Source of the DNA: an uncultured Clostridia bacterium
Lineage (GTDB): Bacteria; Bacillota; Clostridia; TANB77; CAG-508
Length of the DNA stretch: 64,000 nucleotides
Assembly: GCA_934182465.1 (NCBI GenBank)
Contig: CAKPRG010000001.1
Coordinates: forward strand, 273,549 to 337,548
Reading direction: 5' to 3'
This document shows positions 28,744 through 39,400 of the stretch, piece by piece. The notes under the pieces were generated by a model. It made no database searches, was not told the origin of the DNA, and saw only the letters and a list, made by a program, of their open reading frames with translations. Position 1 is the stretch's first letter. Every line of letters starts with the position of its first letter. The translations under genes were made by a program, and so were the position numbers.

Positions 28744-31700
28744 ATGAAAAATAAAAAAATATTGAAATTATTAATAGTATTTTTAATAATATTAAGTCTT
28801 TGTACTGTACTATTGAGAAATACATGGGTATATGCAGAAGATGAAGAAAATATTGATGAAAATTACGTCCAAGAAGAACCAACTAATGAAGAATCAACAT
28901 CAAACGAAGATGAAAATAATGCTATAGCAAGTTTAGATGCAGAACAAGAAAGTAAAATAAACGAAGAATTACAGCAAATGCTAACAGGAATTCCATGGAG
29001 TTATCCAAGTAATCCAATAACAAATAAAACGTTTAATAGTAATCCAAATTATTTCTGTTATCAACATGGTACACCATATGCAACTTCATCAAATATAGAT
29101 GGATTTCAAGGAAATTATAATTATATGAATGCAAGTGGATTAGCATATGTATATAATAACTTAACATTAAAGAAGCCAAGCATAGGTACAAAAATAAGTA
29201 CTGATTATAAGCAAAAAGGAACAAATCCAGGTACAAGAGTTAGCTATTCTAATTTCCATTATAGAAAAGTAAGTCAAAGTTATAGTGGTGGTTTTGCTTT
29301 TGTTTTAGCAAAATATAAACAAACTGCAGCACAGAGAGCTAGTACTGGTTATACAAATGATCCATTACAACATGCTGTATGGGCTCATGCGAGACAATTA
29401 GGAAGTGGAGAAAGTAATCCATTAGCACCTGCTATGCAAGCATTTGATGACTATTATAGTGCTGCAATGAATAATCCAAATATAAATGTAACACCAGGCC
29501 AAAATGTAGGTACAGTAAAAAGTGGTAATAATTATGTTGTTGGACCATTCAAGATGAGTAATTATGTAAGAGCAGTAGATTATAAATACTATGAACCAAC
29601 AGGATACTCAGGTGGACAAAGTTCAGGCAGTGAAAATGAAAAAGATAAAAATAATAATCCTAAATGGAATACAGGAAATACAAATTTACAAGCTAAATTT
29701 GGAACAGCTGCTAATATGCAAGGAACGATTATTAAAGCTGTTGCTGTATTAAATAATGGTAATGAAATAGAATTTCCTGTTCCAGATCCAGGAGCAACAT
29801 TTAATATATCAATTCCTATTTCAAAAGTAGGTAGTGCAGACGAATTAAAAAGTATAAAATTCACATATCAAAGAATTTATGCAACAGGAAATGGTACTTG
29901 GTATGAAGGAAAACAAATTGAACTTACATGGAGTCAAACAAATGTAGATAAAGGATGTTCAACATATTATTGTCAAAATCAAACACCAGGATATGCAACA
30001 CACCATTCATCATCTGTAGGTGGTACCCATAGTTGTACATATACATGGACTTGTTATGATCATTACTCAGGACATGGATGTGGTGGTCATACTAGATATT
30101 GTGGTGGTTGTAAAACAAGAAGTTGGACAGATTCTGAAGGAAAAAAACATAGTGAAAGCTATTGTCCAGGTCATACATATACAATATCAGGTTGTCATTG
30201 CTCTTGTCCAGGACATTCTGCAACACATACATCAACATTTAAATGCTCTCATGGTTACACAAATTGTAGATCTTTTTCTTGGAAAGTTACTAGTATAAAT
30301 GAGGATCATTGCCAAGATGGATTAGAAGCATATGGTAGTTTAGGATCTACAAGAAAAATATATAAAATAAATGTAAATGTGCCACTTACAACAAATGTAT
30401 CAATTTACAAATATATTGTGAAAGTAAATCATCAAAATAATGATTACATTTATGGTAGACAAGATGCAGATGATACAAGTAGAAAAACAAAGACAGATAA
30501 AAATACTAATACAGTAAAAGTTGAAAGAGGAGATAGAATAACATATAGAATAGATATTGTTAATAGTTCAAGATTTGATATTAGACTAAAAGTTAAAGAC
30601 TATTTCCCTTCAAATGTAGAACAAGTTACAGTACCAGGCTCTTTCTATACAGAGAATCAACCAGGAGGAAATCAAAATGGAGCATGGATACAAGTAAACG
30701 CTAGAAAGACAAAAACATTTTATGTTACTGTAGTAGCAAATGCTTTAGAAAGTAGTTATACTAATACGGTTCAAATAATTACAAGAAATGATACAAATCC
30801 ACATATGGAATATGTAAAATATGGTGGACATGGTCCTGGACCAATAGTAAATTTAAGCAATAGATTAAGTGATTCAGATACATATACAATAAAAGAATAT
30901 CAAGTAAACATTAATAAACATATTACGAGTGTAGAACATACAACAAATAGTGAAAAAACTTATGATTCAACAGCACCTAATGAAAGTAACTTAAAAACAA
31001 ATCAAACTGCTGGAACAAGAGTAAATAGAACAGATGAACAAAATCAGAGTGATCCAGTATATGTAGAATATGGTGATAGGGTTTATTATGAAATAGATGT
31101 ATATAATACAAATAATAAAGATTATAGACAAACTAATAATTCGGCTAAACCATATTGGAAGCCAGATATGATACACGTAAATGTAGAAGATACATTGCCA
31201 GCAAAATATAGTGATTTGAAAATAACAATAGAAAATGCAATGAATTCACCTTCTATAACAAAACCAGGTACAAGTAGCACATCAGGTGGAACAATAAAAA
31301 TTAGTGATCTACAAATTGCTGCTAATACACATGCAACAATAAAAATATCATTAGTTGTTGAAGAAGTAAAAGCAGATACTGTTTGTGGAAATACTGCTAA
31401 AATAGTAGGAAAAATAAATAATATAAATAATCGTTATATTAAGAATAATGAAACAGCTTCTCGTTTAACATCAACAGATTATTATAAATTGAATGATTAT
31501 TACATCAATATAGACAAATATGTAAGTTCTTATGATGGATTAATAATGAATCAAAATAATCAAAATCAATTAACAAATGAAACAAGTACAATCAATACAG
31601 ACGAATCTGTTGAAAGACGTGGAAAGAGTGATACAGAAAAAGAAAATTCACCATTTAAGGTTGAAAAAACAGAAACTGTAACATACTCAATTAGATTAGA

Positions 31701-34700
31701 TAATAAATCAACAAATAATGCTACAAAACCAGCAACAAAAGTCAGAACAACAGATATTACTGAAACATTACAACAAGGCTTAGAATTCCAAAATGATGTA
31801 ACAGCAAAAATATTTAAGTCAGATGGTTCAGTAAGAGTAGATAATATAAAAGTAAATATTACAGATAAAGGAAATAATGTATATAACTTAAATATTGGTA
31901 ATAAACAAGGAGAAGAATATACAACATTAAATCCTGGAGAATATATTATTTACTATGTAAAAGTAAAAGTAACAGAAAGCAACATGTATTTATACAACTT
32001 AGAAAATAAAGCAGAAATTACAACTTTAACAAACATAAACAATACTGAAAAAAATCCACAAAGAGTTGTAACTGAGCAAAATAAATATCCAATCAAAAAA
32101 TCTAGCGAATATGTAAAACAAAAAGATTTAGTAATAGCTGGTAAGGTTTGGTTAGATAAAAATCAAGATGGTTATATGACAGAAGATGAAACAAAATTCA
32201 AAGATATTGTAGTACATTTATATGATGCAAAAACAGACAAAATAGTAAATACAGTAAGAACAAATGAAAATGGACTATATACTTTTGGAAGAGTTTATAA
32301 AGCATCAACAAAATATGATGGAAGTTCTGTAATAGGAACTATAGATGAAGAAGGCAACAAGAAAAATTATAAACAAGGTACAGATTTAAATAGTTATTAT
32401 GTAGAATTTGAATATGATGGCTTAATGTATAAATCAACAGAAATTTATTCAAATGATAAACATATATCTGAAAGTTGGTTACAACCAACAGATAGTGGAA
32501 ACTACATTAATGATTCAAATGCTTACGAATTTAAAGATGTAAGAGAACAATTTAACACAAATTATGAAACAATAGGATATAATGTAGGATACAAAGTTGG
32601 AGAAGATAAAAATTCAAATTCTGGAACAACTACATTAGAATATAGCAAAGATAATCATAATAGTACATTATTAGAAGACAGAAACAGATTAATGACAGCA
32701 AGAAGTTTCATAATTTCAAAAGATAAAAACAAATCAGATGGAACAGCTAACAATACAAAATCATTATGGTTATATCCATTAAATAGTTCAAATTATAAAT
32801 TAGCTGAAACAGAATATTTAAAATATATAAACTTAGGACTTGAAGAAAGAGAAGATATAGATATTTCTTTAAAGAAAGATGTATATCAAGTAAAAACAAC
32901 AATTAATGGTGAAGAAGTAATATATGATTACAATCAAGAAAATACAAATAGTGAATATACAAATGATTATGTAATTAAAAAAGCTTATGGAATAGATTTC
33001 TATGAATCTGATTACAAATACAGATATGAACAATACAAAAATGAAAAAGTACAAAATTACAAAGGAAAAGAAAGTGAATTAAATGTTGAGGTAACATTTA
33101 AGATAGCTATTACAAATGAAAACATAAGAGAAAATGAACCATATAGAGAAAATAAAGATGTACCAGTAGATGTTACAATAGATGAACTTGCAGATTACTA
33201 TGATACAAACTTTATGAAATATACTGGTGAAGAGAACAATACAATAAAAGTAAAAACTAAAGATGGTGATTACTTAAAAGATAAAGATATTAAAATTGCA
33301 GAAGCTTGGTATAAATCAAGTGAAGATTCAACTGAATCTAGACAATTAACTTTGTCAAATACTTCAAATTACAATAACGAAAGAAACTTTACTGCAGATG
33401 GATATAATACATTATATATTAGAGGTTTTGATGATATTAAGATTAAAGAAGGCGAAACAGGATATGTATTTGTAAAATATGTATTAGATAAAGAAGAAGG
33501 TACTAGAAACTTAAAGATAACAGATTCAAAAGCAAATAATTTAGGGATTGAAGGAATTGCCGAAATAAATGCTTACTCAACATGGTATGGTGCCGTATCT
33601 GAAGAATATAAGAAAGAAAATCCAGCATACGAAGAAAACTATCCAGCAGGATTAGTTGATAAAGATTCAAATCCAGGAAATATCGGTGATGACAATGGAG
33701 TTTCAACATCAGCAACTGGAAATAAGAGTGCAGATGATACAGGATTATATGAAGATGATACATATAAAACAGGAATACAAATGAATGTAAAAACTATAAC
33801 AAATCCACCAGAAAATGGTGATCCACCAAGTATTGAACAATACAGAGTTTTATCAGGATTTGTATGGGATGATTCAAGATCAGAAAGTATAAATGATAGC
33901 GAAGATAATGTTCAATATGCTGGTAATGGTTTATACAATACAAGTGATACAAAACTTGGAGAAGCAAAATCAAATAAAAATGTATTAGAATTATTAGATA
34001 AATCAAGCGACTATAAAAATATAGTAAATAGATTTAATAGTCCAACAGCAGAACAAAATGACTTCGTAGTAAAAGACGCAAAAGCACAATTAATTGAAAT
34101 TGTAAAAATACCAGAAAATGAAGTTGATCCTTCAAGTGGAGGAACAAAATATTACGAAGAAATAGTAGATGCTAATTGGGCAAGAGTTCAAGAAACAAGA
34201 ACAAACAGCAATGGTAAATATGTATTAAGTGGATTTATTCCAGGTTACTATACAGTAAGATTTACTTATGGTGATACAACTTCAGATGAAATGATGACAT
34301 TTAACGGACAAGATTACAAAACAACAAAATATACAACAGGTGTAGAAAATTATACATATAAACCAGAAGCTGGTGAAACAGAATTAAATACAGAAAAAAT
34401 AAAAGAATATGATAAAATAATGGAAGCATTAGAGGCAGAAAATAAATCTGATGCAAGAGATGACGAAATTGATAGACTAAATGCTATTTCATATTCAGAA
34501 ATAATGACAAATGAAAAAGCTGATACTTTAAAAGGTATAAGTATACCAGAAGGAACAGATAAAGAAGCAAGAAAAGAAACTCTAGCAGAAAAAACTAAGA
34601 TGAATGCAGAAACTGTAACATTCTATGTAAAACCAGAAAAACTAGATTCTTATGAATCAAATGTAACTTATGCAACTTGTACAAATATACCATATGATAA

Positions 34701-36117
34701 AATTAAGACAAGAACATATAATGTAAAAAATATAGATATGGGTATAGAATATAGACCAGAAGCAGAAATTTCTTTAAATAAAGAAATTAAGACAATTGAA
34801 TTAGTTACTTCAGATTCAGAAAAAATTATGAAAGTTGCATTTAAAGATGTAGTAGATTCAGACGGAAAGAAGAAATTAAATGATGCAACAGGTAGAATTG
34901 AAAGAGAAGTTGATTTCGATAATTCAGTCGGATTAGAAAATATACAATTTATTTGCAACAATAACAGACTACAAGGTTTTGCATATATAAATGTAGATGA
35001 CGAAATTTTACAAGGAAGTAAAATCAGTGTAGAATATGAATTTACAGTAACTAACATTAGTGAAGTAGATAGAATCAGTAAAAACTTAGATGTGTTAAGA
35101 TACAAAGAAAATAGTGAAAATGCAATATCAAGTAATAGTACTGATAGAGCAAAATATGTTGAAGAGAATAATTATTTAGGATCTGAAACAGCTGAAAAAT
35201 ATTTACACGATATAGTTTATGAAAAAGATAATAGATATGCATCAGATGATGAATATAGAACTATTGAAAAGACAATGACAACAGGAGATGACAATTATTA
35301 TGGTAGATATTTAGGAAGCACATACTTTACAAGCAATGTTACAGAAAAAGATACAGTAGTAGACTTAAAGATAGATAAGATTTTAGACTACATAGATACA
35401 GACTTATCATTCAAATCATCAAGTAACCAAGATACAGATCATTTCTGGGAAACAACAACTTCAGAAGCTTTAAGAACTGGTGATGGAATAAATGGAAGCT
35501 TAGTAGATCGTAACTTATTCGTAAATGTAAACAAAGATACTACAAATAATACAGAAGACTTAAAATTAGTAAACTTAAAAGGTGTAGCATTTGATTCAGA
35601 CTTAATGAGTAACTTAGCTGTAAGTATGGATGATAGAAACAATGATGATCAAACAGATAATGTAATAAATAAACAATTATCAAAATTCTTAGAACCAAAA
35701 ACAGTAAAAACTACAGCAGAAGAATATTCAGGATATGTAGCATTAACAACAGAAAAATTAATTTCATCAGAAACAGATACTGATAATCTAAGATTTGAAA
35801 ATATAGCAGAGATAATTCAATATACATGTACATCAGGTAGAAGAACAAACTTTGCAACAACAATAGGAAATGTAAATGTAAAAGCAAGTACAGGTGAATA
35901 TATCGAATCATTAAATGAAAAAGATACATCTGCAACAGAGGTAATTACATTATCACCACCAACAGGTTTAGAAAGATATCACAACATAATCTTAAATACA
36001 GTACAAGAAAATTCAAAGACAATAATTATATCAGTAATTGCAATAATAGTAGCCGTAAGCGCTACGGGAGCAATACCTGTATTGATCAAGAAGTATAAAA
36101 ATAGACCAATTAAGTAG
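28744..36117 (+). CDS. Giant surface protein B1 (2457 aa): signal peptide, N-terminal Cys...Gln module (possibly a thioester domain), Cys/His-rich insert, SdrD-B-like domains, SPPTG sorting signal
   Basis: RBS AAGGAGGTG 13 nt after the A1 stop. Two GxxWxDxNxDGxxxxxE prealbumin-like motifs. C-terminal LSPPTG, hydrophobic segment, KKYKNR. Confidence 0.8.
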   Translation: MKNKKILKLLIVFLIILSLCTVLLRNTWVYAEDEENIDENYVQEEPTNEESTSNEDENNAIASLDAEQESKINEELQQMLTGIPWSYPSNPITNKTFNSNPNYFCYQHGTPYATSSNIDGFQGNYNYMNASGLAYVYNNLTLKKPSIGTKISTDYKQKGTNPGTRVSYSNFHYRKVSQSYSGGFAFVLAKYKQTAAQRASTGYTNDPLQHAVWAHARQLGSGESNPLAPAMQAFDDYYSAAMNNPNINVTPGQNVGTVKSGNNYVVGPFKMSNYVRAVDYKYYEPTGYSGGQSSGSENEKDKNNNPKWNTGNTNLQAKFGTAANMQGTIIKAVAVLNNGNEIEFPVPDPGATFNISIPISKVGSADELKSIKFTYQRIYATGNGTWYEGKQIELTWSQTNVDKGCSTYYCQNQTPGYATHHSSSVGGTHSCTYTWTCYDHYSGHGCGGHTRYCGGCKTRSWTDSEGKKHSESYCPGHTYTISGCHCSCPGHSATHTSTFKCSHGYTNCRSFSWKVTSINEDHCQDGLEAYGSLGSTRKIYKINVNVPLTTNVSIYKYIVKVNHQNNDYIYGRQDADDTSRKTKTDKNTNTVKVERGDRITYRIDIVNSSRFDIRLKVKDYFPSNVEQVTVPGSFYTENQPGGNQNGAWIQVNARKTKTFYVTVVANALESSYTNTVQIITRNDTNPHMEYVKYGGHGPGPIVNLSNRLSDSDTYTIKEYQVNINKHITSVEHTTNSEKTYDSTAPNESNLKTNQTAGTRVNRTDEQNQSDPVYVEYGDRVYYEIDVYNTNNKDYRQTNNSAKPYWKPDMIHVNVEDTLPAKYSDLKITIENAMNSPSITKPGTSSTSGGTIKISDLQIAANTHATIKISLVVEEVKADTVCGNTAKIVGKINNINNRYIKNNETASRLTSTDYYKLNDYYINIDKYVSSYDGLIMNQNNQNQLTNETSTINTDESVERRGKSDTEKENSPFKVEKTETVTYSIRLDNKSTNNATKPATKVRTTDITETLQQGLEFQNDVTAKIFKSDGSVRVDNIKVNITDKGNNVYNLNIGNKQGEEYTTLNPGEYIIYYVKVKVTESNMYLYNLENKAEITTLTNINNTEKNPQRVVTEQNKYPIKKSSEYVKQKDLVIAGKVWLDKNQDGYMTEDETKFKDIVVHLYDAKTDKIVNTVRTNENGLYTFGRVYKASTKYDGSSVIGTIDEEGNKKNYKQGTDLNSYYVEFEYDGLMYKSTEIYSNDKHISESWLQPTDSGNYINDSNAYEFKDVREQFNTNYETIGYNVGYKVGEDKNSNSGTTTLEYSKDNHNSTLLEDRNRLMTARSFIISKDKNKSDGTANNTKSLWLYPLNSSNYKLAETEYLKYINLGLEEREDIDISLKKDVYQVKTTINGEEVIYDYNQENTNSEYTNDYVIKKAYGIDFYESDYKYRYEQYKNEKVQNYKGKESELNVEVTFKIAITNENIRENEPYRENKDVPVDVTIDELADYYDTNFMKYTGEENNTIKVKTKDGDYLKDKDIKIAEAWYKSSEDSTESRQLTLSNTSNYNNERNFTADGYNTLYIRGFDDIKIKEGETGYVFVKYVLDKEEGTRNLKITDSKANNLGIEGIAEINAYSTWYGAVSEEYKKENPAYEENYPAGLVDKDSNPGNIGDDNGVSTSATGNKSADDTGLYEDDTYKTGIQMNVKTITNPPENGDPPSIEQYRVLSGFVWDDSRSESINDSEDNVQYAGNGLYNTSDTKLGEAKSNKNVLELLDKSSDYKNIVNRFNSPTAEQNDFVVKDAKAQLIEIVKIPENEVDPSSGGTKYYEEIVDANWARVQETRTNSNGKYVLSGFIPGYYTVRFTYGDTTSDEMMTFNGQDYKTTKYTTGVENYTYKPEAGETELNTEKIKEYDKIMEALEAENKSDARDDEIDRLNAISYSEIMTNEKADTLKGISIPEGTDKEARKETLAEKTKMNAETVTFYVKPEKLDSYESNVTYATCTNIPYDKIKTRTYNVKNIDMGIEYRPEAEISLNKEIKTIELVTSDSEKIMKVAFKDVVDSDGKKKLNDATGRIEREVDFDNSVGLENIQFICNNNRLQGFAYINVDDEILQGSKISVEYEFTVTNISEVDRISKNLDVLRYKENSENAISSNSTDRAKYVEENNYLGSETAEKYLHDIVYEKDNRYASDDEYRTIEKTMTTGDDNYYGRYLGSTYFTSNVTEKDTVVDLKIDKILDYIDTDLSFKSSSNQDTDHFWETTTSEALRTGDGINGSLVDRNLFVNVNKDTTNNTEDLKLVNLKGVAFDSDLMSNLAVSMDDRNNDDQTDNVINKQLSKFLEPKTVKTTAEEYSGYVALTTEKLISSETDTDNLRFENIAEIIQYTCTSGRRTNFATTIGNVNVKASTGEYIESLNEKDTSATEVITLSPPTGLERYHNIILNTVQENSKTIIISVIAIIVAVSATGAIPVLIKKYKNRPIK

Positions 36118-36129
36118 TCAATAATAAAA

Positions 36130-36162
36130 AAATCCACAAAATAAAATTTGTGGATTTTTTCT
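36130..36162 (+). terminator. Strong rho-independent terminator after B1
   Basis: atccacaaa-ataaaa-tttgtggat perfect stem followed by T6. Confidence 0.8.
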
Positions 36163-36241
36163 TTGGGACAATAAAAATTTTGTAGCCTTTTAAAATAAAG
36201 AAAAAAATTCCTAAAAAATTTGAAAAAAAGTCAAAAAAAGG

Positions 36242-36270
36242 TTGAAAAAGTTTACATAACGGTATATAAT
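36242..36270 (+). promoter_or_regulatory. Sigma-A promoter (TTGAAA, 17 nt, TATAAT) for the A2-B2 operon
   Basis: Seen directly. A second candidate (TTGACT, 16 nt, TAAAAT) is at 36426-36453. Confidence 0.5.
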
Positions 36271-36490
36271 AAGAAGTGTATATTTGGGTATTTTGAACGA
36301 TTTGAGGATTTTACATTTGTAATTAAAATTTTATATTTTTTGATAAAAAAATACAAAAAATGTGAATCCGTAAATACATTGAATTATATTTATTAAAATT
36401 CTTCAAATATAGCAATATACAAGTATTGACTACTTTAAGTATTGTAGTAAAATAAATATTAGTAAAAGTTTAAGTAAATGGAGGTAAGTT

Positions 36491-39400
36491 ATGCATAGCA
36501 AAATGTTTAAAAGAATTTTGGCCGGAATTCTAATTTTTACATTAACATTTGCTAATCCAGCTTTGGTTACAAAGTCTTTTGCAACAAGTATTTTCGACAA
36601 AGTAAGTAATCAAACAGGAACAGGAAACAAAAACATTGAATTTAATGCAGGTTTTGATGCTGAAAATGCAGAAAGCTTTTCAGCTATTTCTGATGTAAAC
36701 AATGATAATTTAGCAATTAACTTAAATGTGAATGTAAAAAATAAGGGTTACTTAAAAAACGGAAAAGTTCAAATATTAGAAGGTACAGAAGGAGCTGGAC
36801 TTAATTTTGAACTAAAAAATCAAACAAAAGAAAGTGTTCAAAGTGAAGAAGTTTCAGAAGAAGCAAATGAGGCAGAACAAGTAACAGAAAATTTACCTGA
36901 TATGGTAGAAAAAATTGAAGATAATGTAGTTACTTTAAAACAAATTACTGCTGGTTCTGATATTTCAATTTCTTTACCAATTGAATACAAAAATGAAGAG
37001 TTTGTAAATTTAAGTAAATTAGTCGGTAATAGCAAAATATTATTTACAGGTGTTTATGTTGATGAAAAAGGAAATGAAATAGAAGTTGCAAAAGAAGTTG
37101 ATCTTACTCTTTCTTGGAAAGATGAAAGAACAGCAAAAATATCTTCAGAAATTGCAAAATATATTCCATATTCAACATCAAATGGAAATGGTATTATATT
37201 GCAAACTATTGTTGATTTAGATAATACTACTACAAATAAAACTTTACCAGTAAATAAAACAGAATTAAATATATCTGTTCCTACAATAGGAGATGCTAAG
37301 CCTAGTAAAATTACAGTAGTTGCAAATTCAACTATAGGTACAAATGGAAAAAATAATGAAAATGTTATTTTTACAGAAGATAATTGGACTTATGATCAAG
37401 AAACTGGAATTTTAAATATCAAAATGCAAAATGATAAACAATTAGTAAGAATAGACAATAGCAAAAATGATATATTAAAAAATGCAGAACAAGAAAATGT
37501 TGAAGAAGAAAGATATTATAGTTTGTCTGGAAAAGATGAATATGTTGTTACTTATTCATTTGAAAATGTAACAATGCAAGATGAATTAAAAACTTCTTAT
37601 AATATAAAAGGAAATTTAGAAACTTTTAGTGGTGTTGAAGCAGAAGGAAATATATATTCAAGTCAAACTGAGCAAAATTATGAATATACATTAACAGGAC
37701 AAAAAGGTGATATTGTTTCTTTACAAACTAACAATGAAACAGAAAGTATCTCAAAAGCATATACTTACTTAAATTATAATAATAAAGAAAACTATGAAAT
37801 TAAATACAATTCAAAAAATATAATAAACGTATCTTACAAAGATATTGTAGAAGAATTAAAAATAGAAGATAAAGATGTTTATTATATTGCAAAAGATGGA
37901 AATAAATATTTAACAAACGATATTAAATATAATAAAATTTCTATTTTAAAAGAAAATATTAATTCAATCTTAGGTGAAGATGGAGTTATTAAATTAGTAG
38001 ATTCAAACGGAAATGAAATTACTACTATTAATAAAGATACACAAGCAGATGAAAATGGAAATATTGTAATAGATTTATCAGAAAAAGGACTAACAAAAAT
38101 TACATTAATTACAAGTAAGCCAGTTCAAGAAGGAAACTTAATAGTAAATACAGAAAGAACTTCTAAAAAATCTGATTTTTCAAAAGAACAATACAAAAAC
38201 TTCTCTGCAATAGCTTTTGAAAATGAATTAAAAGCAAAATATACTTATGTATCAAGTGAAACATCTATAGCAACAAACACAATTCAAACAAATTTAAAAG
38301 ATACAAAAACAAAAGCTAACATTGTTTTAGATAGAGATAGCTTATCTACTATAGCAATGAACAATGATGTTGAAATAAGAGTAGAATTAAATAACAATAC
38401 TGATGAATCAGATGTTTATGGAGAATCAGTATTTGAAGTAGAAATGCCAGCATATATTCAAAATATGGAAATAACAAATACAAATATAGTATATGGTGAC
38501 GGATTAAACATTAAAAGTGTAGAGCCATACGAAAAAGATGGAAAAATATTTATTAGAATAACATTAGATGGTAAACAAGAATATCTAAACTCAGGTGTTT
38601 TAACAAATGGTTGTAACATAGTAATTAATGCAAACATAAAAGTTGATTTATTTACACCAGCAATGGAACAACAAGTAAAATTGACTTATACAAATAGTGA
38701 AGCAACAAATTATGAAAATGAACAAAGTAGTGGATTAGCAACAAGCAATATTTACTATTCTGCTCCAACAGGAGTAATTACAGTTAATACAACAAGTGAT
38801 TACAATGGTGCAGGAACAATGGTAACTTCTGTAAGACAAGGTTCAAAAGAAGATACAATTGAAATTTATTCAGGTGCTAAAACAGCTAATATGGAAGTTG
38901 TAGTTATGAACAACAATAAAAATACAATTTCTAATTTATCAATTTTAGGTAGAATACCTTTTAAAGGTGTAAAAGATATTCAAACAGGTGAAGACCTAGG
39001 AACAACAATAGATACAAAAATGGTAAGTGGATTAGTTGCAGATGCAAATAACAGAGGAAGCTTTGCAGTTTATTATTCTGCAAATCCAGAAGCAACTAAT
39101 GATTTATCAAATCAAGAAAATGGTTGGACACAAAATATAGAAGATTTATCAACAGTAAAATCATATTTAATAGTACCAACAGATGAAAATTATGAAATGG
39201 AACAAGCTGAAACATTAAGATTTACATATCAATACGAAATACCAGCTAATCTAGAACATAATGCAGATATATTTGGAACATTTTTAGCATACTATACAAA
39301 TCATACAGAAATTGCAACAGTTAAAGAAACATCAACAGCAGATAAAGTTGGTTTAACAACAGGTGAAGGACCACAAGTTGATATATCTTTAAAATCTGAT

